DNA from: Narcine bancroftii
Lineage: Eukaryota
Direction: 5' to 3'
Length of the DNA stretch: 64,000 bases
Assembly: GCF_036971445.1 (NCBI RefSeq)
Contig: NC_091475.1
Span: forward strand, 204,848,001 to 204,912,000
Numbering within the stretch: the stretch's first letter is position 1; each line of letters opens with the position of its first letter. Under the pieces are notes generated by a model, which saw nothing but the letters and a program-made list of their open reading frames with translations, had not been told where the DNA came from and did not search any database. The translations under genes were made by a program, and so were the position numbers. Below, piece after piece: positions 24,701-36,957 of this stretch.

Positions 24701-25979
24701 GTTCACTACAAGCCATTGATATCTTTCGGTTCGCTGGATATCTCCGCAAATTTAAGGTTCTGGCAACTCTCTCGTGGATGTAGCTGTCAGTACTCCCCAA
24801 GTCTATTAGACAATCAAGAGTCTCACCATTCACCTTCCCCCTTCATAGTCGACCATTCCAGTCTGTAACATCCCCCAAGCTTTGGAGTCAATTGAGCTAT
24901 CACAGGGGATCTCACCTCGCCGTCACTTGATGTCGATTCAGCCTGCTCGTCTGAAGATTCCCCCTTTTCACAGTTGTCTTCCATTCCTGCATCTCCAGGA
25001 AGCATTTTTTTTGGTGGTTCTCTTCTTCTTCTTATCAGTGGGAGTATTTTTCGCCTTACGCGCTTTAGCGAAGTGGCCGAGTTTCCCACAATAGCTGCAG
25101 ATAGCAATCGAGCCGGGCACTTCTGTCTTGGGTGCCAGCTCTTATCACAGAAGTAGCATTTTCAAGAGTTCGCCCTTTTCTTTCCTTCGGGATTCCAGGA
25201 CTCCTGGATGTTTCCTTTTCGGTTTCTAGCATTTCACTGGACCGCATGGCACTTCTCAGTGTTTTGGCTAGAGTGACTGCCCGGTCGTAGGTTAATGGCT
25301 CTGTCTCCAGCATCCGCTGTCGGATGTAACTGGAGTCAATCCCGTTGACTGAAGCATCCAGCTTCAAAGCATTGCGGTGTTGTTGCACCTTGACTGCCCT
25401 GACATCACATTCATTTGCCAGTGAGTCGAGAGCCAGTGCATAGGCAGCATCACTTTCCCCGGGGTTTCTGGCCTCTAGTCAGCAACTGGTGTCGAGCAAG
25501 CACCACATTCTGTGGCGGTGCGTAGTAAGCGGTCAGACGTTCCCGGGCTACAGCCAGAGGGGTAGCTCCTTGCGTTACGGCGAAAGGGTCCTCACCCAGC
25601 AGGTGGCCCAACTGTATCACCTCATCGACCATGTTGTTTCGAGCCATGTAGTAATCGAAACAAGCAATCCAGTGGTTGAAAACTTCTCTGGCCCTTGGGG
25701 CAGACTGGTCGATTATCAGCCGCTCTGGCCTAAGGGCTGCATCCATTTCTGCTAATAAAATTGAAGGGCCAGTTGATGACGTAGACAAAGACGATGTGGT
25801 CAAACAATAATCATGGCTTTTATTAGCATAAACTCATGGTACAATAATAAAAGACAATAAATGCATATACAGTTATATCCAAGGGGAGTGTCCTCAACAG
25901 TAGAGATAATGCACAACTAATATTAGTACTGCAAGGCTCGCCAGAGGGGAGACAGGCAGCTTGGCAGACATTCATCACA
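21707..25979 (-). mobile_element. Full-length Ty3/Gypsy LTR retrotransposon (element 2), best-preserved copy
   Basis: LTRs 25762-25979 and 21707-21924 (218 bp, about 18 mismatches by eye); PPT GGGGGGAGAC; gag ATG 25746 (MDAALRPERL); protease CLIDLGSTDSYI; RT; RNase H; integrase SLDFKGPLP, TVIDEYSRFPFA. Confidence 0.95.
23055..24065 (-). pseudogene. pol: pol fragment of element 2 (RT C-terminus, RNase H, integrase zinc finger)
   Basis: 336 aa ORF: YPYLDNVTICG, VETDASDCALAG, AIEKEAQAI, LVTDQ, HSRLCHPG...CPVCAECKP. Confidence 0.9.
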
Positions 25980-26049
25980 TACCCCTCATTATTTTATAAG
26001 CCTCGACAAGGTCATCTCCTCTCCATGATGAAGACCCAGACTAACTCTT

Positions 26050-27150
26050 TTAAAATATTTTTAATGAGCTTAACGTAACCATCCATATACAAAATATTAA
26101 AAGCAAGGCAAAATAAGAATGTATACATTCCATCCCTTAATATTAATTGTGATAATCTGTTAAAGCAGTTGTACATATATAAATCAATTAATTACTATTA
26201 CAACAAATTATAATATATCTTAATAAGATCTAAGAAATGGGATAATCCACTTATCCAAAAGAAGAAAAAGAGAAAATAAACCCCTGAAACTAAAACTAGT
26301 CTACCTCCTCCCTCTAATTAAGGTTACAAGATGAATCTGGTCACAACCTCTAGACGACGGATGGATCAGCCCTAGAGCACCAAAATCCTCGAAAACTGGC
26401 AATTGTAATAAAATTCAATAAATGGACCATGTACCTTGTCAAACTGAAACCTTTTATCTTTAATACGATACCTTTTCTCTAAACCTAAATATGATATTAC
26501 ATCATGTAGCCCAATGGTACTCAACCTTTTTCCTTTCCACTCACATACAGCTTTAAGTATTCCCTACGCCAGCAGTGCACTGTGATTAATAAAGGATTGC
26601 TTAAGGTGGTATATGGGTGGAAAGAAAAACTTTGTAATCCACAATTTTAATCATCCCTAATTGACTCGTTATGTGCACGGTTTCAGAACTCCAAAGGAAA
26701 TGGGCCAATAACAATTGTTTTCAAGAAAAATATTTCAGTAACAATTGGATCGAGAGCAGTGATTCTCATCCTTCTCTTCCCACTCACATCTCACCTTATG
26801 CAATCCCTTATTAATCACAGAGCACTGATGGCACAGGGATTACTTAAAGTGAGAGGTGAGGGGAAGATAAAGGTTGGGTATCATTGGGGTAGCCACTGTG
26901 CGTGAGTCATCTTTCCATTTCATTAAAACTGCTCATCTAGCTATCAACGTGCTGAAAGCTAAATCTTTCTCTTGAGATGCCAATAAAGGTTTATCTGGTT
27001 TACATGAAAAACTAAACAGTGCAATGAAAGGGCAAGTAAATAATTTAATCTTCAAAATCTTTGACAAAAAATTAAAAATATTCTGGCAATAATTTCATAG
27101 ATTAGGACATTCCCAACACATATGAAACAGTAAGGCTATCTAACCTCTCC
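26050..27150 (-). mobile_element. L1-like LINE 3' fragment
   Basis: Minus strand encodes LFHMCWECPNL..YCQNIF..L and A.LARxAVLMKWK; similar to 48650-49700. Confidence 0.65.
26512..26886. mobile_element. hAT-type composite MITE
   Basis: Ends CAATGGTACTCAACCTTT / AAAGGTTGGGTATCATTG; 8-bp TSD ATGTAGCC/GGGTAGCC (6/8). Confidence 0.75.
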
Positions 27151-27659
27151 ATTTGATTCAAGCTCTCCAGTCCAGTAAACATCCTGGTGAAGATCCAAGA
27201 TCCATCTGGATGCAAGATGTCACAAGGCATCGAAGGGAAGATGTCTCAGACTGCAGAAGAGGGGATGGTGACAGAGAAACATACCAAGGGCTGGAAAACG
27301 CAGGCACCACCTATGGAGAGCAATGGACGGTTCAAAACCCTTCATCAGTAACAGTAAGAACTTTACAGAACCTGTGATGGGGAGGAGCACAGGCTGGCAG
27401 CTGACAGGTGAATACACGGTGGTGGGGTGGGGGGGAGGAGAAGGAAAGAGCAGAACAGAAATGTTAACAGAGAGATGAGAGAGGTCCACTCCAATAGGAG
27501 AATGGAAGGGGGTGGGAGCTGGAGCAAGGATGGTGTGGGTGACAGACAGGTAGGGAGGGAAGCAGAAAGAAACGGGAAGGAAGGGGGCAGAGAGATAAGG
27601 GGAACTGGGGGAGGTGCAGGGGGTTTGGAGGAGGAAGGGGAGGTTACTGGAAATAGGAG

Positions 27660-28229
27660 TACGAACCAGTCCTCATCGAGGGGTCATCAATGAAAATGGT
27701 TCAAATTCCTGGTGGGGTCTCCATGTCAATGCCATAATGAAGAAGGCTCGCCAGTAGCTAGACTTCCTGAGGAGTTTGAGGAGATTTGGGGTGTCACCAA
27801 AGATTGTGCAAATTTCTACAGATATTCTGAGAGTAGAGAGCATTCTTGAATCACTGGTCTGGAGGTGGCAATCCACAGGTCAGGAAAAGACGACAGGGAG
27901 TTGTGAACTCAGTCAGCGCCATTATGGGCATCAGTCTTCACTCAACTGAGGACATCAACTAGAGGAGATGTCTAAAGGAGGCAGCTCAAGGACGTTCGCC
28001 ACCCAGACCATGCCATCCAGAAGGAGGTACAGGAGCCTGAAGATGAACATTCAACGACACAAAAACAGCTTCTTCCCCTCTGTCATCAGATTTTTAAAGA
28101 GACAATGAACCACAGACACTGCCTCACTTTTTCTTCTTTGTGAACCAATTTATTTATTTTTGAAACATGTAAGCTATAGCAACTGTAAGGCTGACATGTT
28201 CATGAAAATAAATTCTGATTCTGATTCTG
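27660..28229 (+). mobile_element. Rex1/Babar-like LINE 3' end
   Basis: MKKARQ*LDFLRSLRRFG.SPK..ANFYR, RRYRSLK; tail AAATAAATTCTGATTCTGATTCTG. Confidence 0.75.
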
Positions 28230-29349
28230 GCTGGAGGAAGACTACAAAGATGAAATAGTGTATCAAGTGATGTTCTTCCAAATGTTGTGCAGTCCGAACC
28301 TTGCTGTTCACCAGGCCTTGCACCGAAGGGAGTGGATTTGAAACAAATCTGAGACTTTTGAAATCAAGGGGTTGCTGAACCAGCAGATATGATGGGTTGG
28401 GGAGCGCAGGTGTGATGTGGGAACAAGTCAGGACACAAAGAGTGGAATTCTGGTCGCCTCCAAATATTGGCAATTTTGTCACACTCTTTTTTTAACACCA
28501 CACAGCAATAAATTGCACTTGGCAATAGCAATATGCTCTTCCACCTTGATTGAGGATCTCAGCATTTAATCGGCAGGGGAGCAATTTACAAACCCAACCC
28601 CCTGCATCCTTCGGACACAGGCAAGTTATCACTAAGATGCTTCTGTCTGATCGACGTAACAGTGGCAAAGGCCACCGCAGCATAAAAGCTTTCTGGTGTA
28701 TAAATAAGCCTCTGTTTGCCACTTTGTGTGCGGAGAAAAATAGGCACCCTGGAGTTATTGCAAGACAGCAATCTCATCGAGGGACCCAGGTGATATTAAT
28801 AAACCACAGGAGAAATGCTTTGTGAGCTTTATAACCTTCATTTGAACCCCGAGATTACATTATAGCATTGCAGTGCATCTGTTATTATTGTTGAGATATA
28901 CTGTCTCAATTTTCTCTGTGTACGTGTGGGAAAAGAGGTGAAGAAAGCATATAGCTTCCTTGGTACTCTTTAACACACGCTGCATCTATCACCACAGACA
29001 ATAGCACTTCATGACCTTGATAAGCAATGATGTTCTTGAACCAAGATTAATGATTGCGCTGCAATCACATCAAGTTTCACTTCATCAAGAAATAATCCAC
29101 ACCAGATTACATGCATACTGCCCAACATGATAAGCAGGTATTCTGGATTTAATTATACATCTGATGTTCAAGTTCATAATTGAGCTCTTTAATTTTGTTC
29201 CTGAGGCCAGCACAGCATTGCTCGTTCAGACAGGGGTTGAAGGCATGTGGAGCTCAGAGCTATAAATGCAGCACATTTAATTGCTCAGCCTTAAAGGATC
29301 CTTATTCCTTGGTAATAGTGCCCAGTGCCAAGGGAGGACATGCACTTTG

Positions 29350-29942
29350 AACAGTGGGGCACTGAGGAGTCCAATGGTTCCTCGGAGAACCTCACCTGGT
29401 CCCTTGACACAAGCTCGATAGCAAAGAAAGCCCAGCAGCATCCTGCAAAGCTTGAGGAGACTTCACCTCCCGCCCTCCATCCTCACTACATGCTACAGAG
29501 GATGTATCGAGAGCATCCCGCGCAACTGCCTCACCGCCTGGTTTGGTAGCTGTACCTCCTCGTACCACAAGACCCTGCAGAGGAGAGTGGAGTCAGCAGA
29601 AAAGATCATCGGGGCTCTCTTCCTACCATGAGGGCCATCTACAACACTTGATGCAGGCGAAAGGCAATAAACCTTGTGAAGGACCCCACACACGCCTCAA
29701 ATAAACCGTTTACCCTTCTACCATCTAGTAGGAGGCATCGTAGCACTGGGTCCTCATGCCCAGATGGGACAACAGCATTCTCCCCCAAGCCATCAGATTC
29801 CTAAACTCCCCGAATATTTGAGGATAGGGTACTATGGACTGATTCTGTATCTGTCTTAATATTCCATTGACCTGGAGAAACACTATCAAGTCTTAACCTG
29901 TGAGCATGGTATGAACAAGAAACGTTATTTGACTTGACTTGA
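29350..29942 (+). mobile_element. Rex1/Babar-like LINE 3' end
   Basis: ENLTWSLDTSSIAKKAQQ, IESI..NCLTAWFG, LQRRVESAEKII; tail (GACTT)n. Confidence 0.75.
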
Positions 29943-29944
29943 GA

Positions 29945-30790
29945 ACAAAGAGACCATACTGAGAAAGAATTCCCTGAAAGTAGTGTCACACAGGTAGATT
30001 GGGACGTGAAGAGAACTTTTGGCATATTGGCCTTCATAAATCAAAGTATTGATTTATAAAGTATAGTAAAATTCCTCTTATCTGGAATTCAAGCGACTGG
30101 CAAAAAAAATTTTTGGAAAATAAATGTCAAAAATACAAAAGTTTAAAATTGGCTCCCTCTCGCAGTTGCCAATGCATGCAAATTACAGTCTCAAGCAACC
30201 GGAAGATTCACTTATCCGGCATCCACCAATCCTGTTATGGGTTTTACCAGATTGAGTCTAGGAGTTAAGATATTACAGAGAAATTGTATATAGTAAGATA
30301 CTGTTGAGGCTAAATTGGAGGATTTTGTGTAGTTTTGTTCACCTAATTACAGGAAAGATATAAGATTGAAAGAATGCAGAGAAAATTTACTAGGATGTTG
30401 CCTGGACTTGAGGAACTAAGTTACAGGGAAAGGTCAAACAGGTTCAGACCCTATTCCCTGGAACGTAGAAGAATGAGAGATTAGATAGAGGTATACAAAA
30501 TTACATTGGGTATAGATAACAGGCTTTATTCCACTGAGGTTAAGTAAGATTAAAAAAAACTAAAGGATATGGGTTAAAGGTGAAAGGGTAAAAGTTTACA
30601 GGGAACATTAGGAGGAACTTCTTCACAAGGTGGTGAGAGTGTAGAGCTGTCAGCTGAATTGGTAAATGCAGACTCAATTTTGACACGATGAAAATGGACA
30701 AGTAAATGGATGGGCGGGGTATTGTCTAGGTGCAGGTCAGCGGCAACATGCAGAAAAATAATTCAGCACAGCCTGGAAGGGCTGAAGGGC
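29945..30790 (+). mobile_element. CR1 3' fragment with a ~190 bp MITE-like insertion (~30064-30250)
   Basis: FGILAFINQSI...ERMQRKFTRMLPGL; insertion bounded by TAGTAAAA...GTTTTACCAG. Confidence 0.7.
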
Positions 30791-31221
30791 CTTGCATGAA
30801 CCACAAAGGCTTTGACCAGACTGAACTAAGCACCCACAACCTGTCTTCCAAAATGGGGTTTTCCACAAGCTGGCCAGCTTGTCCTGTTCCAGTCCCACCT
30901 GCTACTGCTGAATGTAAAACATGCTGAACTAATCCAATTAACCTCTTTTCTGCACTACTCCCCTGCCAATTCTTTCATTCTCCTGACCCTGCCTTTTACT
31001 CGTACCTTGAAGGAGGGGTCAATATCTTTCTGTCCAATGGACATAGTGAGACATGTTATGCTCCTCAATGGGTAAAATATGTTTCTATTCAAAAATATAC
31101 TTATTTTCACAATGTTATTTACAATTCAAGAAAACCATTCAAGACTTTTTCCATTAATAATTTCAATCATATCGATACTTTCTTATCATTGTACAGTTTC
31201 CATTCTTCTCTTAATACTCCA

Positions 31222-31451
31222 TGTAGCTCGATCAGATGCAAAGCACATGGCCAAAGGCTTTAATACCCTGACACCACTAGCATACAATTACATGCTTCAT
31301 GCCTGGATCCAAGGCTGGAATTGAGGGAGGAGACTAGGGCTCTCAGCCCTTTATTGGGGAGGAGTTACCAGGTTGGAGGCAGGCCAACCGGAGCGGTCCA
31401 GTGAGGCCCCCCCACCTGCATTACTGTTACCACCACTATGTCACTTTGTCA
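31222..31451 (-). repeat. Gypsy 3' LTR with PPT, similar in layout to element 1 LTRs
   Basis: Minus strand: AGAGGGGGAGAAA then TGACAAAG...ATAAAGGG...ATTAAAGCC...TGATCGAGCTACA. Confidence 0.55.
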
Positions 31452-31573
31452 TTTCTCCCCCTCTGTTGGTTGAGGGGCTTCCTCTCAGTGTCAGCCCCTC
31501 AGTGCTCACTAATAGGAGGACTCTAGACTGTGGCCCTTCCTCGCACTATATCCCATACTCTTGGGCTTACTAT

Positions 31574-32629
31574 TCTTACGAGCCCAGAGGACCCCAAAAC
31601 CCAGCAGCAATAGATATTCACCATGACAGATGGTTACTTAAACAAAAGTTGGTTTTAATTATCTTTAAACATGAAAATAGAATCAAACTTTCACTTAGCT
31701 CTATTGGCTTACTTAACCTAACTTAACCCCCTTCCAGTTCTAAGCACACATGTATGTAATGTGCGTGTAAGTTCAGAAAAGCTCTTTGCTTCACAGTCCA
31801 ATCTCACTTCTCATTCCTCCAAGTTCACTGGTTGCAGGTAATTCTTACACTGTGCACAGATTTTAACATTTATAAAGTTCACCAGGCTTAGGTGCTTGAA
31901 AGATAAGTGGTTACCGCTCAGGAAGGTTCTTGTTGGTTTTCAGAGAGAGATTTGTTATTCCAGGACATCCACAACTAACCTCGTTCTTTCAGGACACCAC
32001 AGAATTCCTTTCTTTTTTCCATATTCCAAGTGAAACATTAGACAGCCAGTCCTCTCCTCTTGCATGAACCACAAGGGCTTTGACCAGGCCATCTTACAAC
32101 TGGGTTTTCCAAAAGCTTCGCAGATTGTCCCGTTCCAGTCCCAGCTGCTGTCTGCTGGCTGNNNNNNNNNNNNNNNNNNNNNNNNNNNNNNNNNNNNNNN
32201 NNNNNNNNNNNNNNNNNNNNNNNNNNNNNNNNNNNNNNNNNNNNNNNNNNNNNNNNNNNNNNNNNNNNNNNNNNNNNNNNNNNNNNNNNNNNNNNNNNNN
32301 NNNNNNNNNNNNNNNNNNNNNNNNNNNNNNNNNNNNNNNNTCTCTGCTTGCTAAACCGCATGATCCTCTCAGAACAGCAAGTTCTCTCCCAGACCAACAT
32401 GCTCTTTCATCTGTTGCCTTTTATAAACAACAATCCATTAGCAAAGTCTCTTGAGTACTCTTCAAAAGCTATTTCCAAAGCTCTGGAGCTAATATGTCTG
32501 CCATAGGACGAGCTCCAGCATTTTAAATATGATCTGTTTTAAAGTGTTTGTATGTGACCTACTCTAACAAACCTTTCCCAATTTAGCTCCCTAAAACATA
32601 ACTATATATATATTTATATACTCTTCACA
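31574..32629 (-). repeat. ~1 kb solo LTR (family A) spanning an N gap
   Basis: Colinear with 8169-9200 and 43119-44163; flanks CTAT/CTAG resemble a 4-bp TSD. Confidence 0.7.
32162..32340. other. Assembly gap or masked run
   Basis: Run of N. Confidence 0.99.
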
Positions 32630-32749
32630 CTAGAAACTTTGTTTTATTGTCGCACTGCCTGCTTCACTTAAGTATGGGTTGACCTGCCTGGATAGCATGC
32701 AAAACAAAGTATCTTGGTGCATATGTCAATAAACAATTCAAGTTACTCT

Positions 32750-33215
32750 GTCCATTGTAAGGATGACTCAGTGACCAACTACTTCAATTCCACACTCCAT
32801 TTCTACCCTGACATGTCTGTCCATGGCCTCATGTACCACAAAGTTGAAGCCACTCATAAATTGGAGGAACCTCACCTTAAATTCCATCTCTGTAGATTCC
32901 AACCAGATGGCATCTCAACCTCCAGTTTCTGCTTATCCCCTCCCCCTCTGCCTCCCTTCCTCCGGCTCCCCACCATTTCATGCCCATCTCCTCTCATTCT
33001 CAGTCCTCTGCCACCTCCCCATCACCTCTCATTTCCCTTCTCTTCGCTCCACGCCACTAGGATCCACCTAACACCTGTTAGCCTGTGCTCCTCCCCCTCC
33101 CCAGTCTTATTCCTGACACCTGCCTGATTTGCATCACTCCTGAAGAAGGGCTCAGGGCCCAAAATGTCGACTGCCTTTTGCTGCCCATGGACGCTGTGTG
33201 ACCTGCTGACTTTCA
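32750..33215 (+). mobile_element. Penelope-like 3' remnant
   Basis: YFNSTLHFYPDMSVHGLMYHKVEATHKLEEPHLKFHLCRFQPDG followed by a hammerhead motif. Confidence 0.8.
33135..33173 (+). ncRNA. Minimal type I hammerhead ribozyme motif (degenerate)
   Basis: CACTC-CTGAAGA-AGGGCTCAGGGCCC-AAAA-TG-TC-GACTG: helix I, CUGANGA core, helix II, mutated GAAA, GUC site. Confidence 0.6.
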
Positions 33216-33877
33216 ATAATTCTCATTTTTGAACGCTTAACTGCAGTTTACTGTATGTAAACTAATCTGTTACACCCTGAAGCCAAACACATTTATTCTT
33301 CGTCTTCATTAGAAACAGGCTCCATCCATTAAGGGCAGTTGTCAGTCTAAATTAAAGGGCACCCATGGCAAAAATTTCCAGCTGTCAAAGGCATTTGAGT
33401 TATTTTTAATAATCTTTTGAAGAGACATTTCTAACCTATTCAAATAAATTTAAATTTTTAAACAGATAAAAATGACTATATATAGCAAATCAAAATGGAT
33501 CAACATAGCCAAAACCCTTCAAAGTGCAAACTTATATATTAACACTTTTAAAATGAAAATGCACAAGTTTTTCCTGTACTGACTTTTCTGTGCAGGGAAA
33601 GCATCAAAAGTCAAGAACATCAGTAAATAAAGCAGGTGGAGGTCATTCAGCCCTTCAGATGTGCACAGCCGTTGTTGAAGGTCATAGCTGATCTCTCAGC
33701 ACAGCACCACATTGCTGCCTCAACCCCGTTTCCTGCAATATCCAAGATATGGAGTTAATTTAAAGATGTAAGACCCGAGCTCACAGGCGGTCTTGTTAAG
33801 TGGTGGAGCCCACTGCCGTGCCCTGCTTTCACTTTGTTTGAGGCTCCACAGCTCCTTGATTGGGGAGTTTTAAATAT

Positions 33878-34100
33878 GGCAGCCTGGTTAGTGTAGCAGT
33901 TAGTGTCATGCTCTTATGGTGCCAGCGACTATGGTTCGAACGCTCCATCTGTAAGGAGTTTGCGCATTTCCCCCTGGGCAGTGTAGGTTTCTTTTGGGTG
34001 CTCCGGTTTCCTCCCACTCTTGAAAACATGTGGGGTTGTAGATTAAATGGGGTATTTGGGCTGATGGTTCGGAAGGGCCTATTACCGCGTTATATGTTTA
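33878..34100 (+). mobile_element. V-SINE (HE1-like)
   Basis: TAGTGTAGCAGTTAG A box, GGTTCGAAC B box, V-domain GGGTGCTCCGGTTTCCTCCCAC. Confidence 0.8.
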
Positions 34101-34429
34101 AATTTAAAAATGTAAAAGTCTTAATTCTTATTGTTGTGGGTGAAGCCCTTTCTTGCTTCAACCATACTTTTTGATGGTAATCCCTCATTCAAGACATTCT
34201 GGTCAAACCAATCTCTGTCCAAGCTATCAAGGCACAGAAAGAATATTGTACGTTTCAATCAAATCAGCTGCAATTATCTTAAGCCAATAAGGCATGAGAT
34301 TAATGTGCTTAATCCCTGCTCATACATTAAACTCGTCTATCATGGAGTCATACAGCATGGGACAGTACTTTCAAACCAATGTTGTTTTGGTATGGTCCAC
34401 ATCTTCCCATCTCCTTCTCTCCACATATT

Positions 34430-35040
34430 AGAAGGCCTATGGGATGCTGGGCTTCATGAGTTGGGGGTCTGAGTTCAAGTGTCAAGAGATCCAATTGCAA
34501 CTCGACAAACCTCTGGTGACACCATACTTATTGTGGTCAGTTCTGGTCACCTCATTACAGGAAGAATGTGGAAGCTATGGAGAGGGTCCAGAGGAGATTT
34601 ACTAGGTTATTGCCTGGATTGGAAAATAGCTCTTATGAGGCAAGATTGGCAGAGCTAGAACCTTTCTCTTTAGAGCAAAAAAAGGATGAGAAGTGACTTA
34701 ATAGAGGTCTACAAGATAATAAGGTAGACAGCCCAGGGTAGGGGTAGTAAACACCAGAGGACATCTGCACAAGGTGAAGGGTGAAAAGTTTAGGGAGGAC
34801 ATCTGGGGTAAGATTTTTAGACAGAGAGTTGTGGGTGCCCGAAATATCTTGTCAGGGACTTGGTGGTGGAGAATGAAACGTGAGGGGCATTGATGAGACA
34901 CTTAGATAGGCAGATGGATGAAAAAAAAGAATAGAGGGCTTATAAGGTAGGAAGAATTTTGTTTGTTTTTGTTAGTAATATATTGGTTGGCCCCATACTG
35001 ATGGCTGAGTGCCTGTATTGTGCTTTTGTGTTCTATTTCT
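34430..35040 (+). mobile_element. CR1 3' fragment
   Basis: Close paralog of 16370-16995 (QFWSPHYRKNVEAMERVQRRFTR). Confidence 0.8.
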
Positions 35041-36239
35041 ATTTCCCATTTCTATCTGACCAAATATCTTCTCAATGCCAACCTTGCCTTATAAGAGCTA
35101 TTTCCCTATCCAGGCAACATCCTAGTAAATTTCCTCTGGCAAGGTGAAGCTTTACGATCAGTGCCGAATTTTCATTGCACTGTCTCCATATTTAGTCTCT
35201 CCAACCTTGGGCAGAGATAATATCTGGCATAATGATTTTGATGCAGAGTGACGAAGTTCTCAAGCAATTGCAGTAAAAAAATTTGAAGTGGGGATATCCC
35301 AGTTCCTGTCCCTCAATTATTAATGATAAGGATACAAAATTATGGGAGGAACAGATCAGGAAAACGCCGAGAGTCTTCAGCAGGAAATCAGTAACCAGAA
35401 GATGTCGGTTTAAGGTGAGAGGGTGGGGGTGGGGGGGTGGGAGAGATTTTACAGGAACCTAAGGGGTAACATTTTGGGCATATAGAGCAGGTAAATTTTC
35501 CATACCTTCAGAAAAAAATGAGAGACATGGATAGAATTGATTTAGAGGGGATATGGACCAATCACGGGTGAGTGAAACTATTGTGGTCAGTGTGGGCAAG
35601 TTGGGCCAAAAGGCCTCTTTCATCACTTGATGTCCTGTAAGAGGGGACAGTGTCTGAGGTATCCAAGTTAAGATAATGATAAGGAGCTTATTGTCATAAA
35701 CATCATGCAATGTACATGTACACCGAAATTCTTGCTGGCTGCAGCTGAACGGGAACTTCATATAAAGAAAAATTTGATGGACATCTACAACCCGCGATGT
35801 CCGCAAAAATGAATAAACATTGTGAAGGTCTTCACACACCCCTCATAAACTGTTCTCCCTCCTGCCATCTGGTAGGAGGTACCGTAGCACTCGAGCCCTA
35901 CCGTCCAGATGGGGCAACAGTGTTTCCCCCCCCCCCCCAAAGCCATCAGATTGCTGAATTCCCAGAGCATATGTGGATAGTGGACCGTGGACGTTCACTC
36001 TATACGCCTTTAATGTTTTAACTTCCATTTTTACTTATAATCATGTAAATCTGTTCCGTGATCCAGGGAAAATGTTATCTCATCTTTACGTGCAATGCAT
36101 GGTATGAACAACAAATAAAGGTTACTTGACTTGTACTACAATATTGTATATTAAATTGGGAAAGGACAATTAAAAAAAGCAATAAGTATTTCCAGATGTT
36201 ATAGCAGAAGAAATAAAGTTACAATTATGCTGACAGTCA

Positions 36240-36720
36240 TCTTGTGGTGTCAGTGCAGTAAATAATTTGTGTTAAAAGGGCATATTCAAGAGCCTGATGG
36301 ATGTTGAAAGGAAACTGCTCTTGAACCTCCATGTGCTTGTCTTCAGGCTCCTGTGCTTTCTCCTCGACGATAGCAATAAGAATAGGTTATACCCATGGTT
36401 GCTCTTTACGATGTTGGCTGCCTTCTTCAAGCAACACGCCACATGGATGTCCTCAATGGATGGGAGTTCTGAGTCTGCGATGTTTTGTTACCTTCAGCAA
36501 CCTTCTGCGTTCTTGGGCACCCGAATTGCCCAACCAGTCTGCGACGCGACCTGTCAGTAAACGTTTTGCAGTGCACCGATAGAAATTTGTTGGAGTATTT
36601 GACGGCATGCCAAATCTCCACAGACGTCTTAGGAAGTGTAAGTTTTGGTTTGTCTTCTTCACAGTTGCCTCAATGAACTTGCTCCAGGAGAGGTCTTTGG
36701 GCACATGGACTCGCAGGCAC
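36240..36720 (-). mobile_element. Rex1/Babar-like fragment
   Basis: DLSWSKFIEATVKKTNQNLHFLRRLWRFGM in ORF 36453-36704. Confidence 0.7.
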
Positions 36721-36957
36721 CTCTGTCCAGTGAATTAATGTCACAAAAATGAATAGAAAAACATGTGATGATTAGGAGATTGTAACTTTGCAAATGGGAT
36801 ACACATAGGTTAGATGAGTGTACAAACTCTTGATAAATGGAGTTTAATGCTATAAAGAATTTTTGGCCAAAGACGGGTCATTTGGCTCAACTTGCCCCAT
36901 GATGAATGCGTTGAATAACTATGGTGAGCCTACATGCCTGTACTGGGCCCACATCCT

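Noticed and set aside
32038-32454. ORFs containing X runs, also at 38689-39143
   Set aside because: Artefacts of reading through N gaps.
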